Shown piece after piece: positions 1-13,364 of a stretch of 64,000 nt of DNA; the first letter of the stretch is position 1; each line of letters starts with the position of its first letter. A program made the translations under genes and the position numbers. The stretch covers positions 101,308,001 through 101,372,000 of the forward strand of contig NC_043000.1 in the NCBI RefSeq assembly GCF_006345805.1, given 5' to 3'. This DNA is from Octopus sinensis. Taxonomy: Eukaryota. The notes under the pieces are model-generated. The model worked only from the letters and a program-made list of their open reading frames with translations. It searched no databases and was not told the DNA's origin.

Positions 1-704
1 TAATGGAGTGGTTTCTCATTTTTCTCTCCCAGCAGGTGGAATTTGAACTCAGGATGTAGAGAGCTGGAACATAAACAGTACAATATTTTTTGTCACTCTT
101 CCACCTGCAAATATATATGTGCATGTGTGCTTGCCTGTGTGTGCGTATGTGCTTGCATGTGTATGTGTGTGTGTGTGCATGTGTGTGTGTGTGTACACAC
201 ATACAAATTGAATTTTCAGATTAATTAGAGTAAATGTATTTCTAGAAAGCGGTAATTATTTTATTGAAATCTATGTAAAATTTGACATTGTGCATCTCTA
301 GTAATTTCTGTGTAATCAGGTTTATGATTACAAAGATTGTTAGTAATTTATTATTTAATATTCAAACTTAATTTGATTCATGTAATTACAAAAGCAATAA
401 AAGAAATCAAATAATCTTCATGTGTTTCTCATAATATATTATATACAAAATATACATTTATCATCATTCTATGATCAACAAGTTGGTTCACCTAGTTTAA
501 GTTAATAACAGATTGATATATTTAGGACTGATAGTCAGGTTTAGGTTAATGGTACTACAGTATGTTTTCAGCCTCATTGCTTGTTGATGTTGTGTTGTTG
601 TCTAGAACAATGTTAGTTTTCATCATGCCGTGCTGACCTCTAATAAAATTCCTTTCTGGCTATGATGATTTTGTGACATTCGTATATCTTGGAATACACT
701 GTAC

Positions 705-875
705 AGTGTGTGGCATGTAAAAAGCACCCATCAACCCATCACACTCTACTAAGTGGTTAGCATTTGGAAGGGCATCCAGCTGTGGAAAGCATGCCACAAC
801 AGACAGTTGGGTTCTGGACAGCTCCCTGCTAGTCAGCTTCAGCCCATGGAGGTTAAATGGTGATGATGATCACAT
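705..875 (+). mobile_element. RTE LINE 3'-tail fragment (degenerate)
   Basis: 'aagtggttagcatttggaagggcatccagctgtggaaa...gttaaatggtgatgatgat' matches the 3' end of the RTE at 27235-27385, ending in (GAT)n. Confidence 0.75.
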
Positions 876-905
876 ATATGTACGTGTGTTATATATATGT
901 ATATG

Positions 906-906
906 T

Positions 907-942
<36 letters not shown>

Positions 943-1310
943 GTTTAACATCCGTTTTCCGCGCTAGCACAGGTTGGATGGTTCGACCGGGGTCTGGGGA
1001 GCCAGGGGCTGCTCCAGGCTCCAGTCTGATCTGGCAGTGTTTCTACAGCTGGATGCCCTTCCTAACGCCAACCACTCCGTGAGTGTAGTGGGTGCTTCTT
1101 ATGTGCGAGACAGGTCTGGCATCGGCCACGATCGGTTGGTGCTTTTTATGTGCCACCGGCACAGAAGCCAATCGAGGCGGTGCTGGCATCGGCCACGTTC
1201 GGATGGTGCTTTTTATGTGCCACGGCACAGAAGCCATCGAGGCGGTGCTGGCATCAGCCACGTTCGGATGGTACTTTTTATGTGCCACCGGCACAGAAGC
1301 CATTCGAGAT
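906..1310 (-). mobile_element. RTE LINE 3'-tail fragment with ~60-bp UTR subunits
   Basis: (CAT)n followed by 'cgtttaacatccgttttcc...ggttggatggttcgacc...gatgcccttcctaacgccaaccactcc' is the reverse complement of 27180-27385. Confidence 0.9.
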
Positions 1311-1819
1311 ATATATATATACATATATATATATATACATACACACATACACATATGTGCAGAGTCCACCAAAACAAATATACACATATTTCAGGAAAAC
1401 AAAATCTGTATAAATATTTTAATTCAGTGTTATTGAAATTTATTCAGTCTTATCACAACTTGAGAAAACATCGAAAGACATATTTATATTTATAGTAGTA
1501 CTTACAAGTTACATATGTACACAGAATTTTTTGGCAGATTCTGTATATATATATATATATATCCATCGGTTTGACTATATATGTATATTTACTCCAATCT
1601 TGTTACAAACTACCAATTTCTCTACTCGTATCTGGTCTGTCTGAGCTATGATAGAAGACAAGTAACACAGTTGCCCAAAGTGTTGTGCAGTGGAATGAAA
1701 CATGAACCATCTGGTTTCAATCCGAACTTGTTAACCACACAGCCATGCCTATACCACTTACTTTATTCTGTCTTTTTGATTGCTTTTGAATTCCTTATGT
1801 CTAATATGGTCACTATGTA

Positions 1820-2900
1820 AAACACTATTGATTGGAACATATTTAATTCTTTGTCGACAAACACAATATCAGGCCATCTTTTATTCTTAAAGCTGATCTT
1901 TCTGAATATTGAATTTCCTGTGATTATTTTTTTATTATTATTTTTATTAATTTTCTTTGATTGTTTTCCTGAAACTTTTCAATTATATGTTGCTATTACT
2001 TTGGAGAGTCTTGAAATCCATACTTTCAACATTGATTTCAGCAGAAGAACTGGAGCACACATAGTGATAGTATTTTTTTTTTTTCCTGTTAATCTTTCAA
2101 GGCTGGCATTTTGTAACCACTAACTGAGTTACCCAAATTCTCTGTTGTTTTTCTACAAAGTCAAACTAGGTCAAATTATTCTTGATGGTAGATTCATTTC
2201 TTGAAAGTATTTGTATTCAGTTCTTGATTTTGGGCATCTATCAGAAGGATTTCTATTTTCCTTCTTCCAGGATTCATATATTTTTAAAATTATATTTTTA
2301 TTCTCTTTTTGTGTCTTAGACCATTGAGAAACTGGTATATATTTTCTCTCTCTTTTCTCTGTAAATTCTCTCTTTATTGACTCTTCTTAATATTATTCTA
2401 TTTTAATTTGATAGCAGATGCTATGAACTCATGTAATAATGAAATATCTAAATGTCTGAGATGTGTTCTTAATAAGATTATATTTCCTTTAGACTATTAG
2501 CCTCGTGTTTAAAGATGAAACTTCTATTCTAATAATTTACATCTAGTCTACAATTTGATCAGGTTGATCTCTGATCATCAGACATCATATCCTTAGACTA
2601 GGTCTGTACATAGCCACAGACAGGAGGGAAATTATTTTCAAAGTAAGGGTTAATAAGATTATTCTCCCGCTGGTCACTGATGCAATAACAACTCTTCATT
2701 AATTGCAACAAGTAAATCTTGATTTGTTCCTTCGTTCTCTTCTCAGACATTCAGCATTTTAATTCTTTTCCCATAGAGCTTCCAGCCACGAAATGGTATA
2801 TATCACACTACGGTTATCATTATAAAATAAGATAGTCTTTGGCTGACATGTATTCCTCATTATATTTATAGAAGACTTATTTAACATCTGTTTCTGTTTT
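1820..2900 (-). mobile_element. R4/Dong-clade LINE relic (C-terminal zinc-knuckle and restriction-like endonuclease region)
   Basis: Minus-strand translation gives IEILLIDAQNQELNTNTFKK...LCRKTTE..NSVSGYK (~2120-2260), RKFNIQKD and RWPDIVFVDK (1850-1879). These resemble the R4/Dong motifs E.E..L.AAQDQAL.T, CRLC..ET..H..SGC, WDFNIQTD and RPDIV..DK. Many stops and frameshifts. Confidence 0.7.
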
Positions 2901-3599
2901 GGTCAAATTAATAGTTGCCAGCACTTTACCACACAAATGAGATTGCTCAGCAATTAATCGAATCAATAAAGTTGCAGGAATTTGGTTTTGATTTCAATGG
3001 TAATTTTATGCTTTTGATGTAAATAGCATAATTTAAAAAAATTTTATTTTTGTATTTTATTATTTTTTTTCTTGTTCTTACATTAATAAAGAACAAAAAG
3101 AAACTAGAGACTGAAGAATCTAGCGATAGTTTGCATTGACAAAAATCTGTTAATGGCATTTTCGAAAATTGAATAAGTCTTGGTGTCATGAGGAACAATG
3201 AATTGTAATGTTTTGGATAACACCTTGCTTTAGATTATCAATGAAGGGAAGTATGCATAAAGAATGTAAATGAGTGTAAGATAAAAGGAGAAAGAGAGAG
3301 AGAGAGAGAGGCTTTGATGGTATTGTCTGACTGGAGAAAGGGACTGTGGTTTTAACCAATTATTTGCAGGCCCTCAGAGACTTGTGAAATCAACCTGGCT
3401 AATGTTCTTCTCAAACAGTTGCAAGTTGAAGACTGCAGTTGGAAAAATATGGACATCTAAGGAATTCCACATGGATGATGATAGAATACCACAAACAAGA
3501 TTGATGAAGAGAAAAAAGAGTGAAGCATGTTCGACAGTGCAATGATCTCTGTACACACACTCACCAAGTACTCACACATGCATGCGCACACATGTACAT

Positions 3600-3633
<34 letters not shown>

Positions 3634-4597
3634 AAATGGAGAAAAATTAAAGAAATTAAAAAGATTAAGATGTATGTAGGGTAATCATCAGTTCAACATT
3701 AGCCACACATGTACACATAAGTCTGGGCAAGATTTCTCCTGGAGAGTAACAGTTGCTCATGCATACTAATCTCTCCTCTCCATGTGACTGATGTTTATCC
3801 CGGTCACTGATTTGGACTGATACAGGTTGGTACCAGTGTCATTGCAAGTATTACTGTTGAGATAAAAAAATAAAGAGCTAAAACTGATACTGTAAACAAC
3901 ATCACCTGATCTTGCAACATTTCTGCAAATTTACTATTTTAGGTTGGTACTTTTTTTTACCAACTCTGGAAGTATGAAAGGCAAAGTTGATCTTTGCAGA
4001 TTTGAGTGCAGAAAATCACAGCTTATACCATGATGTATTCTATCCAACATTCTAACAACCCTGCTGGTTTACCACCTTAGAAAGGATTAAGAGTTATGGT
4101 ATAGTCTCTTTCTCTCTTCCTCCCCTCCACCATGATCTACAGTCAAAGATGCAGAATTAAAATACTCCAAAGGAATTCAAAGGTGAAATATAATCCAGAT
4201 GTAAAGGTGATTCATGAATTAAGTACTCCAAATATCATGTGAGCATGCGATAACAGGCAAATGGTAATGAATGATAAGTTCAAGAACAAAACAAAACCAA
4301 CAAAAGTCAAATGATTGTGCACAGGGAGTATATTACTTTGATGCACTGTGGAAGTTTTGAGTGGTAAATATAAAGTAAAACTATAATGTGATTTGTCTCC
4401 TGACTATCCATTATTTCATCCTTTTCCTCTTCTCTGGCCTTTCTTTCATTATCTGACTAAGAGCCATGCTTGAAACGTCATATTTTTACTTTTAACTCTC
4501 CATCTAAATCTTTCTCTGAGCATCATACTAATACGTGTGCATCTATTTGACATGTGTTTTTGCATTTGTTCTTGAATTTGCCATTTGTCACCAATTT

Positions 4598-4646
<49 letters not shown>

Positions 4647-4653
4647 TGTAAGT

Positions 4654-4827
4654 GCAGGCATGGCTGTGTGGTAAGTAGCTTGCTTACCAACCACATGGTT
4701 CCAGGTTCAGTCCCACTGCATGGCATCTTGGGCAAGTGTCTTCTACTATAGCCCCGGACTGACCAATGCCTTGTGAGTGGATTTGGTAGACGGAAACTGA
4801 AAGAAGCCTGTCGTATATGTATATATG

Positions 4828-4885
<58 letters not shown>

Positions 4886-4907
4886 ATATATTATATATAT
4901 AATATAT

Positions 4908-4942
<35 letters not shown>

Positions 4943-5092
4943 ATATATATAATATATATATATATAATATATATATATATATTATATATATATAATATAT
5001 ATAATATATATAATATATATATATATATATAATATATATATATATATTATATATATATATATAATATAATATATATATTATATATATATAAT

Positions 5093-5151
<59 letters not shown>

Positions 5152-5342
5152 GTGTGTATGTGTTTGTGTGTCTGTGTTTGTCCCCCTAGCATTGCTTGAT
5201 AACCGATGCTGGCGTGTTTACATCCCCGTCGCTTAGCAGTTTGGCAAAAGAGACCGATAGAATAAGTACTGGCTTACAAAGAATAAGTCCCGGGGTCGAT
5301 TTGCTCGACTAAAGGCAGTGCTCCAGCATGGCCGCAGTCAAA
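4654..5342 (+). mobile_element. SINE family A (tRNA-like head, CORE-like segment, CR1/L2-like tail), full length
   Basis: Head 'ggcatggctgtgtggtaag...ggttcagtccc' (A/B-box like), CORE-like 'cttgggcaagtgtctt', tail 'ggcagtgctccagcatggccgcagtc'. More than 25 full or partial copies in the window. May correspond to a described octopus tRNA-SINE family (OK/OR types); not verified. Confidence 0.9.
4815..5150. repeat. Imperfect (TA)n expansion inside SINE A
   Basis: About 330 bp of TA dinucleotides at the site where other copies have only a short TA/TG tract. Confidence 0.95.
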
Positions 5343-5357
5343 AGAGAGAGAGAAAAA

Positions 5358-5739
5358 GAGTTCCCAACCACATGGTTCTGGGTTCAGTCCCATTGCATGA
5401 CACCTTGGGCAAGTGTCTTCTACTATAACCTTAGGCTGAGCAAAGCCTTGTGAGTAAACTTGATAGATGGAAACTGAAAGAAGCTCATCGTATATATAAA
5501 TACATTTATGTGTGTGTGTATCTTTGTCTCTGTGTTTGTCCTCCACTACCACTTGACAAACAATGTTGGTGTGTTTATATCCCTGTAACTTAGTGGTTTG
5601 GCAAAGAAAGCCGATAGAATAAGTACCAGGTTTTAAAAGAAAAGGTGCTGGGGTCAATTCATTTGACTGAAAAATCCTTCAAGGCCATGCCCCAGCATGA
5701 TCACAATTTAATGACTGACACAAATAAAAAGGTAAAAGA

Positions 5740-5740
<1 letters not shown>
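5358..5740 (+). mobile_element. SINE family A copy directly after the previous one
   Basis: Same head, body and tail motifs, more diverged. Confidence 0.85.
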
Positions 5741-5772
<32 letters not shown>

Positions 5773-5881
5773 ACACATGTATACACATGCACACACATAC
5801 ATATGTACATATATGTATACACACACACATATGAATATCCTCATCATCATCATTTAACATCTATTTAAATGATGATGATGA

Positions 5882-5913
<32 letters not shown>

Positions 5914-6414
5914 GCTGTGCCTGCAATAAACACACGCATGCCAGTAAAATTATGATGGAGAATTTATGCCTCTCTGAAGACTTGACAATGCAGTTTGATT
6001 ATATAATTTACATTATGTAAATGATAATAATTCCTTGTTAATTAAATGCACATGAGATGCTGTAACTGAATAAAACAAACTCTCCTCTCCAGTTCTCTTT
6101 TGTTTACTACATTTATTCTGTGAAATGTCAGCTGTGGTTTCCAACCAAAGTTATACATGGAGCATAAAACTTCCTCATGGCATGTGGGAATACACATGGA
6201 GTTCTAAGACTAGTTATTTGTCATGTAATATAAATTTTAAATCACATTGTATGTCTGCCTATCTCTCCCTGTATTCTCCCCCCCCCATTCTCCTCTCTCT
6301 CTCCTTCCCTCTCTTTCTCTTAATTATTCAAGTAATATATTTAGGACTCAGAACAGAAACACCACTCTCAATTTAAAAACACAATCATTATCCTCCTCCT
6401 TACCTCCTCCTCCT

Positions 6415-6690
6415 CATCATCATCATCATCACCACCATCATCATCATTTTCAATGTCCTTTATCCATGCTGGCTTGGGTTAGATGCTTTGACAGGAGCTG
6501 GCAAATTGGAAAGCTACACTAGGCTCCAATTGTCTGTTTTTGGCATGGTTTCTACAGTTGGATGCTCTTACTGATGCCAACCACTTTACAGAATGTACTG
6601 GGTGCATTTTATGTGACACTGACTTGGGTACATTTCTTGTGGCACCTTCACAGGTGGTATTTACATGGCACAAGTGCTTTTTATGTGACG
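6415..6690 (-). mobile_element. RTE 3'-tail fragment
   Basis: (CAT)n plus 'tccatgctggcttgggtt...ctacagttggatgctctt...gccaaccactt'. Confidence 0.75.
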
Positions 6691-7254
6691 CCATATTTTC
6701 TTAAAAATTTTCTCTAATTAAGATCATCCACCCATGCTGAGTACCAGATCAAATATACCAACTATTAAAACTTCTTCACCTACTTTACTTTCACTTTCTC
6801 TTTTGTTTCACTCTCCTCTTTCCTTCACCTTCTGTTAGTAGATGTTAATGTGCATAAGAGCATTTGTATGTGTAGGTGTATTGTATGAGTGTCTAAATGT
6901 GTTTGTATGTACATGAATGAATTTATGTTTAGACAAAAAGGTAACATGTTTTGCAGATGGCAAGACAGCTGAGCCTCCAAACAATAACCCCATTCCCATT
7001 TATTTGCTTATTTACTAATTTAATTCAATTCAATTATCTACATGTGTGCTCTTTCTTAATGGATGTAGCCTAAAACCTCTGAATCTCAAACAGTCTGTGT
7101 GTGGTGGGGAGGATTCTAGTATAGAATTATGTTTTTTAATAAACTATTCTAGTATTTCTATTTTGTTCTGCTTCTTGTAAGCATGTGTAGATTTGCATGC
7201 ATATGCTCATAGCTCTGTACATAAATCGTATGTATTTAGCACTGATTACAAAAG

Positions 7255-7626
7255 TAACAAGTGTGCTCAGAGAGCACAAACCTCCACCAAGGCAACACGA
7301 ACATCTCAATGATTAGCCAGAAATGATTTTTTAAATGAGAATATCTGAAATAAACTTGACTGCTCTCAAAAACGAGAATATTAAAAATGAACCCAACTGG
7401 GCTCAAAAATTAAGTAAAAAAAAAGAAGAGGAAAAATAATCCAGAATTGTTGTTCAGTACTGGATCAATCCCAAAATCTAATCAGTTTCTGCCAGTCACA
7501 AGGCTAAACATCCCTGAAAGTTTCATCTGAATCCATCCAGCGGTTCTTGAGATACCTTGTCCATGGACAAACAAACAAACATAGCTGTAAACAATACCTC
7601 CACCTTTGCTAAGGTGGAGGTAATAA
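7255..7626 (-). mobile_element. Non-autonomous Helentron/HINE-like element, copy 1
   Basis: Collinear with 33352-33730 in the opposite orientation. It has a 12-bp perfect hairpin at 7595-7622, a subterminal 'acctccacc' repeat at 7280-7288, a terminal hairpin gtgctc-aga-gagcac at 7263-7277 and an internal (CAAA)n tract. Confidence 0.6.
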
Positions 7627-7789
7627 CGGGCAATATGAAATGAGAGCTGCATTTTACATATGGGCTGGCTGTGTAACCAGTTGCAATAATGCTTACATCT
7701 TGCTTCTTGCTTGGGTCTGTTATCAGTTCAACATCTGGTCTGTTCCTATTGTCTGTCAAAATGGAGCCTATATTTCACACCTAATCTAG

Positions 7790-8330
7790 GCCTAGTATTA
7801 GTTGAAATGGGACCTACATTTTACATCTGGTCTGAACCTGTTACCCATTGGAATGGGATGTATTTCACATTTGGTCTCTGAATGGGATCATCTATCCATC
7901 ACTGCTGCCCACTATTCCTGGGAGGGTCATTGGGGTAGAGTCCTAAGGCACCTCCTCTTCCATAAGGTCCTATCAGAATCAACTACCTTTAGAATTTCCA
8001 GCTTGATTCCCAAGCATGACCAACTGAGACTATGGATATTATCCAACACATTCTTGGTCTGCCCTTAGGTCTCCAAGTTGGCTTGGCTTGAAGAATCTAC
8101 CTTGTAACCCTTTCCTATAGCATTATAACCACATATTTGTAGTACCAAAGCTGTGATATCACAATGTTGAGAAACAATGGCTTGACCTGGAGAGGCTCCT
8201 TGATCTCCATACTATAAATTCTGTTCAGTAATGTTATTTCAGTGACCCTTTGGAGGAACCCCATTTCAGCCACTTGTATTCACTATTGTAATTTTTCAGT
8301 CATTACCCAGCATTCATGACCATGAGTGAG
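7790..8330 (-). mobile_element. Degenerate RTE-clade (Rex3/Expander-like) LINE, ORF C-terminus
   Basis: Minus strand encodes IQVAEMGFLQRVTEITLLNRI (~8217-8279), EIKEPLQVKPLFLNI and PKGRPR..(W)LDNI, resembling RTE motifs IQAAEM.FLRR..G.T..DRI and GRPR.RW.D.I. Confidence 0.7.
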
Positions 8331-8379
8331 AATACACATAAATGGAGCCTACTGTTATATTTGATCTTAAGAGCAGTGG

Positions 8380-8500
8380 TTGGTGTGCATTGGTGACTGC
8401 TGATCTTCCATAAATAATCTTGCCAGACTTGTGCCTTGGAGGGGAACATTCTAGGTTCAATCCCATGGTCATTCATGATTGAAGTGGGTCTTTACTCTTT
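8380..8500 (+). mobile_element. SINE family C 3' fragment
   Basis: Matches 60740-60860 ('gactgctg.tcttccataaa...caatcccatggtcattcatga'). Confidence 0.7.
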
Positions 8501-9763
8501 ATGTAACAATATTGCTATTTTTGTCTGTGACAATATAATGTAATTTGAGGAAAACATGGCTGCTATTTCTAACTATCAAGCAGCTATGCAGAAACTTTTT
8601 TGTTAGTTTGTATGTAATGTAATAGATGAAGTTTGGTGACATACATTTGAAGTAGTTGATAATGTCAAACTGGGGTTTTGGGTTGCAGAGATAAGTTTGG
8701 CACCTAAGGCAGGAGTATTTGAATACCCTTCATGGGTGTTACTTGGGAGCAGGGAACAAAGTCATGTAGATTTTTATACCATTTCAAGGAGAGAAGAGAA
8801 GGTTGGGAAAATGAAAGTGATTTTATTGGTGGAACATTAAAAGAAGAGAATTCTAGAATTCCAAATAATATATATACCATTTCTGTTCGTTCGATCTCAG
8901 CTATTTTTACTTCATAATGGTAACTTTATTTTATGGCTATTTACAGATTTCTTCTTTTCTGTCTTTCTTCTTTTTTTATTTCAATATCTTATGTTTTACT
9001 TTTTGTTATGTTCTTCTGTCTACTCTGTGTTCCTCCACCATTTCGACACATACTTTTAAAATACATAAAAAGAAAATAAAAATTAGAAAAAAAAATATTT
9101 TAAAAAATAACAAAAAGATAATAACAATGAAAATTTTTACTTTCTTCTTTCTCCGTTAACCCTCCTTACCCACTCTTGTCCCTCCTCACCAACTGCAAGA
9201 ATTCAACAACTTCCCTACTGAATATAGATATAAATAATTTTAAGTGATATATGGTATAATTATTGTTATCAGCCAACATTGTTTCATCATCGATGTGGGT
9301 ATCATCATCTCCAATTCATCATTATCACCACCACCACCACCACCATCATTATTATTATCATTACCATCATAATCGGCATCATTGAGGTAGCTGGTGTTAT
9401 AGTTTGGAATATCCTAATAAAAACTACTGATTTACTGTAGAAAGCTTTTCATTATGGCTATTTTAGGGTAGCATGGGTGTTTAAGGTCACATAAACTTGT
9501 CAGTGAAAAGTAGAAGAGCTAGTGAGAGAGAGAAAGAAAGAGAGAGAGAGAGATAAATGATATGAATGAGATTCCAAGAGAGTGGGTGAGTGGAGAGAGA
9601 AATGAAATAAGAGAAAGAGAGAAACGTACAAGGTGGGAGGGAATTGATTCTCACATAATCAAAATATCAAGGTTTAATTAAATATTACCTTTATAGCTGG
9701 AGTCTGTTTCTTACCACCAATTCATCATTACAGGGGCGCATCTCTTCCATCTTTTTATGTATA

Positions 9764-10085
9764 GGCATGGCTATGTGATTAAGAATCTTGCTTTGTAACT
9801 ATATGGTTTCAGGTTCAGTTCCAGTGCATAGCACCTTGAACAAGTGTCTTCTATTACAGTGTCATGGCTCCAGGCCAACCAATGCCTTATTAGTGAATTT
9901 GGTAGGAAGACACCATGGAAGCCTTAGTGTGTGTATATATGTGTGCGTGTCTATGTGTTTGATCTCTACCACTGCCTGGTAGGGAGTATAAATTTGTTTA
10001 TGTCCCAGTAACTTAACAGTAACTTAGCAGTTCAACAAAGAGAGTGATAAATTAAGTGCTAGACTTTAAAAAGTAAGTTTTTATT
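9764..10085 (+). mobile_element. SINE family A, diverged
   Basis: 'ggcatggctatgtgattaagaatcttgc...ggttcagttcc...ccttgaacaagtgtctt'. Confidence 0.75.
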
Positions 10086-10207
10086 GACTCAAATTTTCTT
10101 AAAGGCCTTGGACTGACCCAGGGTTATGGTAAAGGCACCAATGCTGTGCAGTGAGATTCAACCTTAGAACCTCATATATGTGAAGAAAATATCATAACCA
10201 CACACTC

Positions 10208-10275
<68 letters not shown>

Positions 10276-10300
10276 ACACACACACACACACACACACACA
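10208..10300. repeat. (CT)n-(CA)n compound microsatellite
   Basis: Visible directly in the sequence. Confidence 0.95.
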
Positions 10301-10744
10301 TATGTGGGTTTCTTTGCAAAGTATATGATGAAACAGACGAAGTTAAAAGCAGTTATGTTTGCTTTTACTTCAGATATCTTAAATTTCAGAATTATATGAT
10401 CTACACGTAGATACAGGAAAAACTAAATATAATAATGTTTCACGAACGAAAATCAATACCAAAACATTTCCCATTCATGATATTCACACACACACACACA
10501 CACACATTCTTTCTCTCTTTCTCTTCGTTGCTTTTACACATCCTAATGTACATCTGTACTTAATGCATACCCTTTTTACTCACTTACCTTCCACACAATG
10601 CACTCACATGCATGTTTGCTTTATTCTTCTGCTCTCACACATGCCATATATGCATGTGCATTGGCAGTTAACTATACTTAAAGCATACACACATTCACAC
10701 ACAAAATTACATACACACACACACACACACATATATATACACAT

Positions 10745-10790
10745 ACACAAAAACATATATATATATATATATATATAAGTATATATGTAT

Positions 10791-10844
<54 letters not shown>

Positions 10845-11004
10845 TGCATATATGCAAGTAAGTATGTATGTATATGAGTTTGGAAGGACAAATAGACATA
10901 GAACAAAATACATGAGTTTCATAAGTGCCATGCACAGAACTCAGCCCTTGAGTAACTTTTGTAATTTTCTGATGATTAAAAAATAATAGAATCGTGTATA
11001 TATA

Positions 11005-11055
<51 letters not shown>

Positions 11056-11106
11056 CATTTTGTCATTTCTAAGTGTAAACTGTGTTTAGTGTCAGTATTT
11101 ACAAAA

Positions 11107-11194
<88 letters not shown>

Positions 11195-11220
11195 TTATTA
11201 TATAAAATACATACATATAT

Positions 11221-11272
<52 letters not shown>

Positions 11273-11312
11273 GTGTGTGTGTGTGTATGTATTTATGTAT
11301 GTGTGTGCATAT

Positions 11313-11352
<40 letters not shown>
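10745..11352. repeat. Cluster of (TA)n and (TG)n tracts
   Basis: Visible directly; source of the YIYI ORFs. Confidence 0.9.
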
Positions 11353-11355
<3 letters not shown>

Positions 11356-13364
11356 TAAGTAATTCATGTATCTTTTATTAATATTTAGTAGAAGCAACAG
11401 AGTGGTTGAAGGGCTGAGATTTTCATGTGGTAGCACTTATCAAACAATCTATATAATGCATGCATACATACATACATACATAATGCTCATACAAACACAC
11501 ACACATACACTCAAGTTCACCCACAAGGTAACAAGGAACACTTTATGTTAGAAGAATTACCTAAACATCCCTCAATTCACACTGTATTGTTTAAAAGAAA
11601 AAAGAAAACAGAATGCAGTATTGAGTAATGCAGTCTTACATGTGCTATGAATGAAAAAAAGTTGAGATGGTCATGAAAGGAATGTTCTCGGCCATTGAAC
11701 TGCTCAGTGAGTGTTGACCTGGTGCTAAACAGTGACAGCAGCAGCAGCTACAAGTTAAATATAATGCATACACACACACTTATTTAGTACATTAATTCAA
11801 ACTCATAAACCTACACTCCCCCACTCATACTTATGTACACACACACACACACCACACACACACACACACACATGTATAAGCATAAGGCCAAATTATACAT
11901 ATGCATAAATATGCAAATTTATTCTCAGTAATTATCATGCATTGAATAATGCATGTATATTTCACCCTTGAGAAAAATTTTGAATTCATCAATAGATTTG
12001 AAGAAAATCTTATCACTACATTTATTTTTACAGTATTGATATTTTATAGTCATATATTGTTTAGCTTAGGGCTTGAAATAAAAAAAAATAATAAAAAAAA
12101 TATTGAATTAGAGAAGGAAAAGTATAGAAATAAATATATGTTGTTTTGTGCTTTCAATGATAACAGAACAAAAGATAAAGTAGGTAAAAAAAGAAAAAAA
12201 AAATTGTTGCTGCACATTTTTACTATAAAAAAATAAACATTTTTCTGAACTTAAATAAGCTGGAATGAATAATATTTGCAGCCTATGCAATGTGCTGAAT
12301 GTCTGCGATTATCAGGTTGAAATCCCATTACATTCCCGAAATAGCTGTTGGCCAATGTATATAGCCTTCGTACAATGAGTAGTTCAATTAAATGTGCAAT
12401 TAAATGAACAATTGGAAAAGACCACAACATTTCCAAGTGGGAGGGTGGGTGTCAAGCTGTAGAGAAATGAAGGATAAAAAAACTTTAAAAATAAAATGAA
12501 AATAAATGGTGATGATAATTTGGTAAATCAAAACTAAATCTGAAACACAAATCAATATTTTTTTCTTTTCTTCCATTGATAGTAATTTTTTTATTTTTTT
12601 ATTTTTAGAATGGAATCAAATAAAATGTCTACATCACATGTACTTTTGCGTGTAGCATGTTAACTCAATGTTAGATTCGTCTTTTATAGAAAAATGTTAC
12701 TGAGACCGCATCAACAAATCCCAATTTGCCAACGACGAGAGAGAAAGATGGCTCATTGACATGCCATCGAGTCTATAAATGCATGGGCGAGAATTGTGAA
12801 TTACATCACATTCTTCCCCACTCCTCACATTATTTTTAATGCTTCCTAGATGTATATTGCCAAAGACTTATTGTTCTTTTTTTATGCTTTTCTTTTAACA
12901 TGCCTGATGGATATATATTACTCAGGCATTGTTTTACAGTTGGATGCCCTTCCTGTCACACATCCTTACATGTCTCTCAAAAATGGAATCTCTTATCTAT
13001 ATATCCTCATAAAACCAGACCCAGTGAATGATTTATTGATAGGGAAATGACAACAAACTTCACTACTCGCAGTTAAGCACTTTTTCCACACACACACACA
13101 TATATTCACATAAAACATGCATATATCCACATATATATCTTGTTGATCTTTGTGTCTGTTTTCTTGTACTTTTACAAGTTAGAGAAATAAGTTATGTAGG
13201 CATTCTTTTACTACCATATGCCCTTCCTGTTGTTAACCCTTCCCTCTTTCTCAAGTAAAGGATCTCTTATTCCTCATTCCATTGTAAGTACCAAAAAACT
13301 AGATGGTTTGCTGTTAGAAGACCTGACAATAACAACACTGCCTGTTCATTTCAACTTTCCTAAA

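Noticed and set aside
1719-1730. 12-nt match to the miR-100 3' part (atccgaacttgt) and a 9-nt miR-125 match at ~33669
   Set aside because: Both lie inside repeats (SINE A and the HINE-like element), are only partial matches and have no hairpin.
3370-3545. Short frame containing HMDDDRIPQ after an AG acceptor
   Set aside because: It resembles the RTE C-terminal RMDD.RIPK motif, so it is more likely a LINE scrap than an exon; too short to annotate.
12690-12840. Unique island with CCAAT-like and TATAAAT motifs and a ~50-codon open frame
   Set aside because: The motifs are too short to be significant in this base composition, and there is no downstream gene or recognisable peptide.
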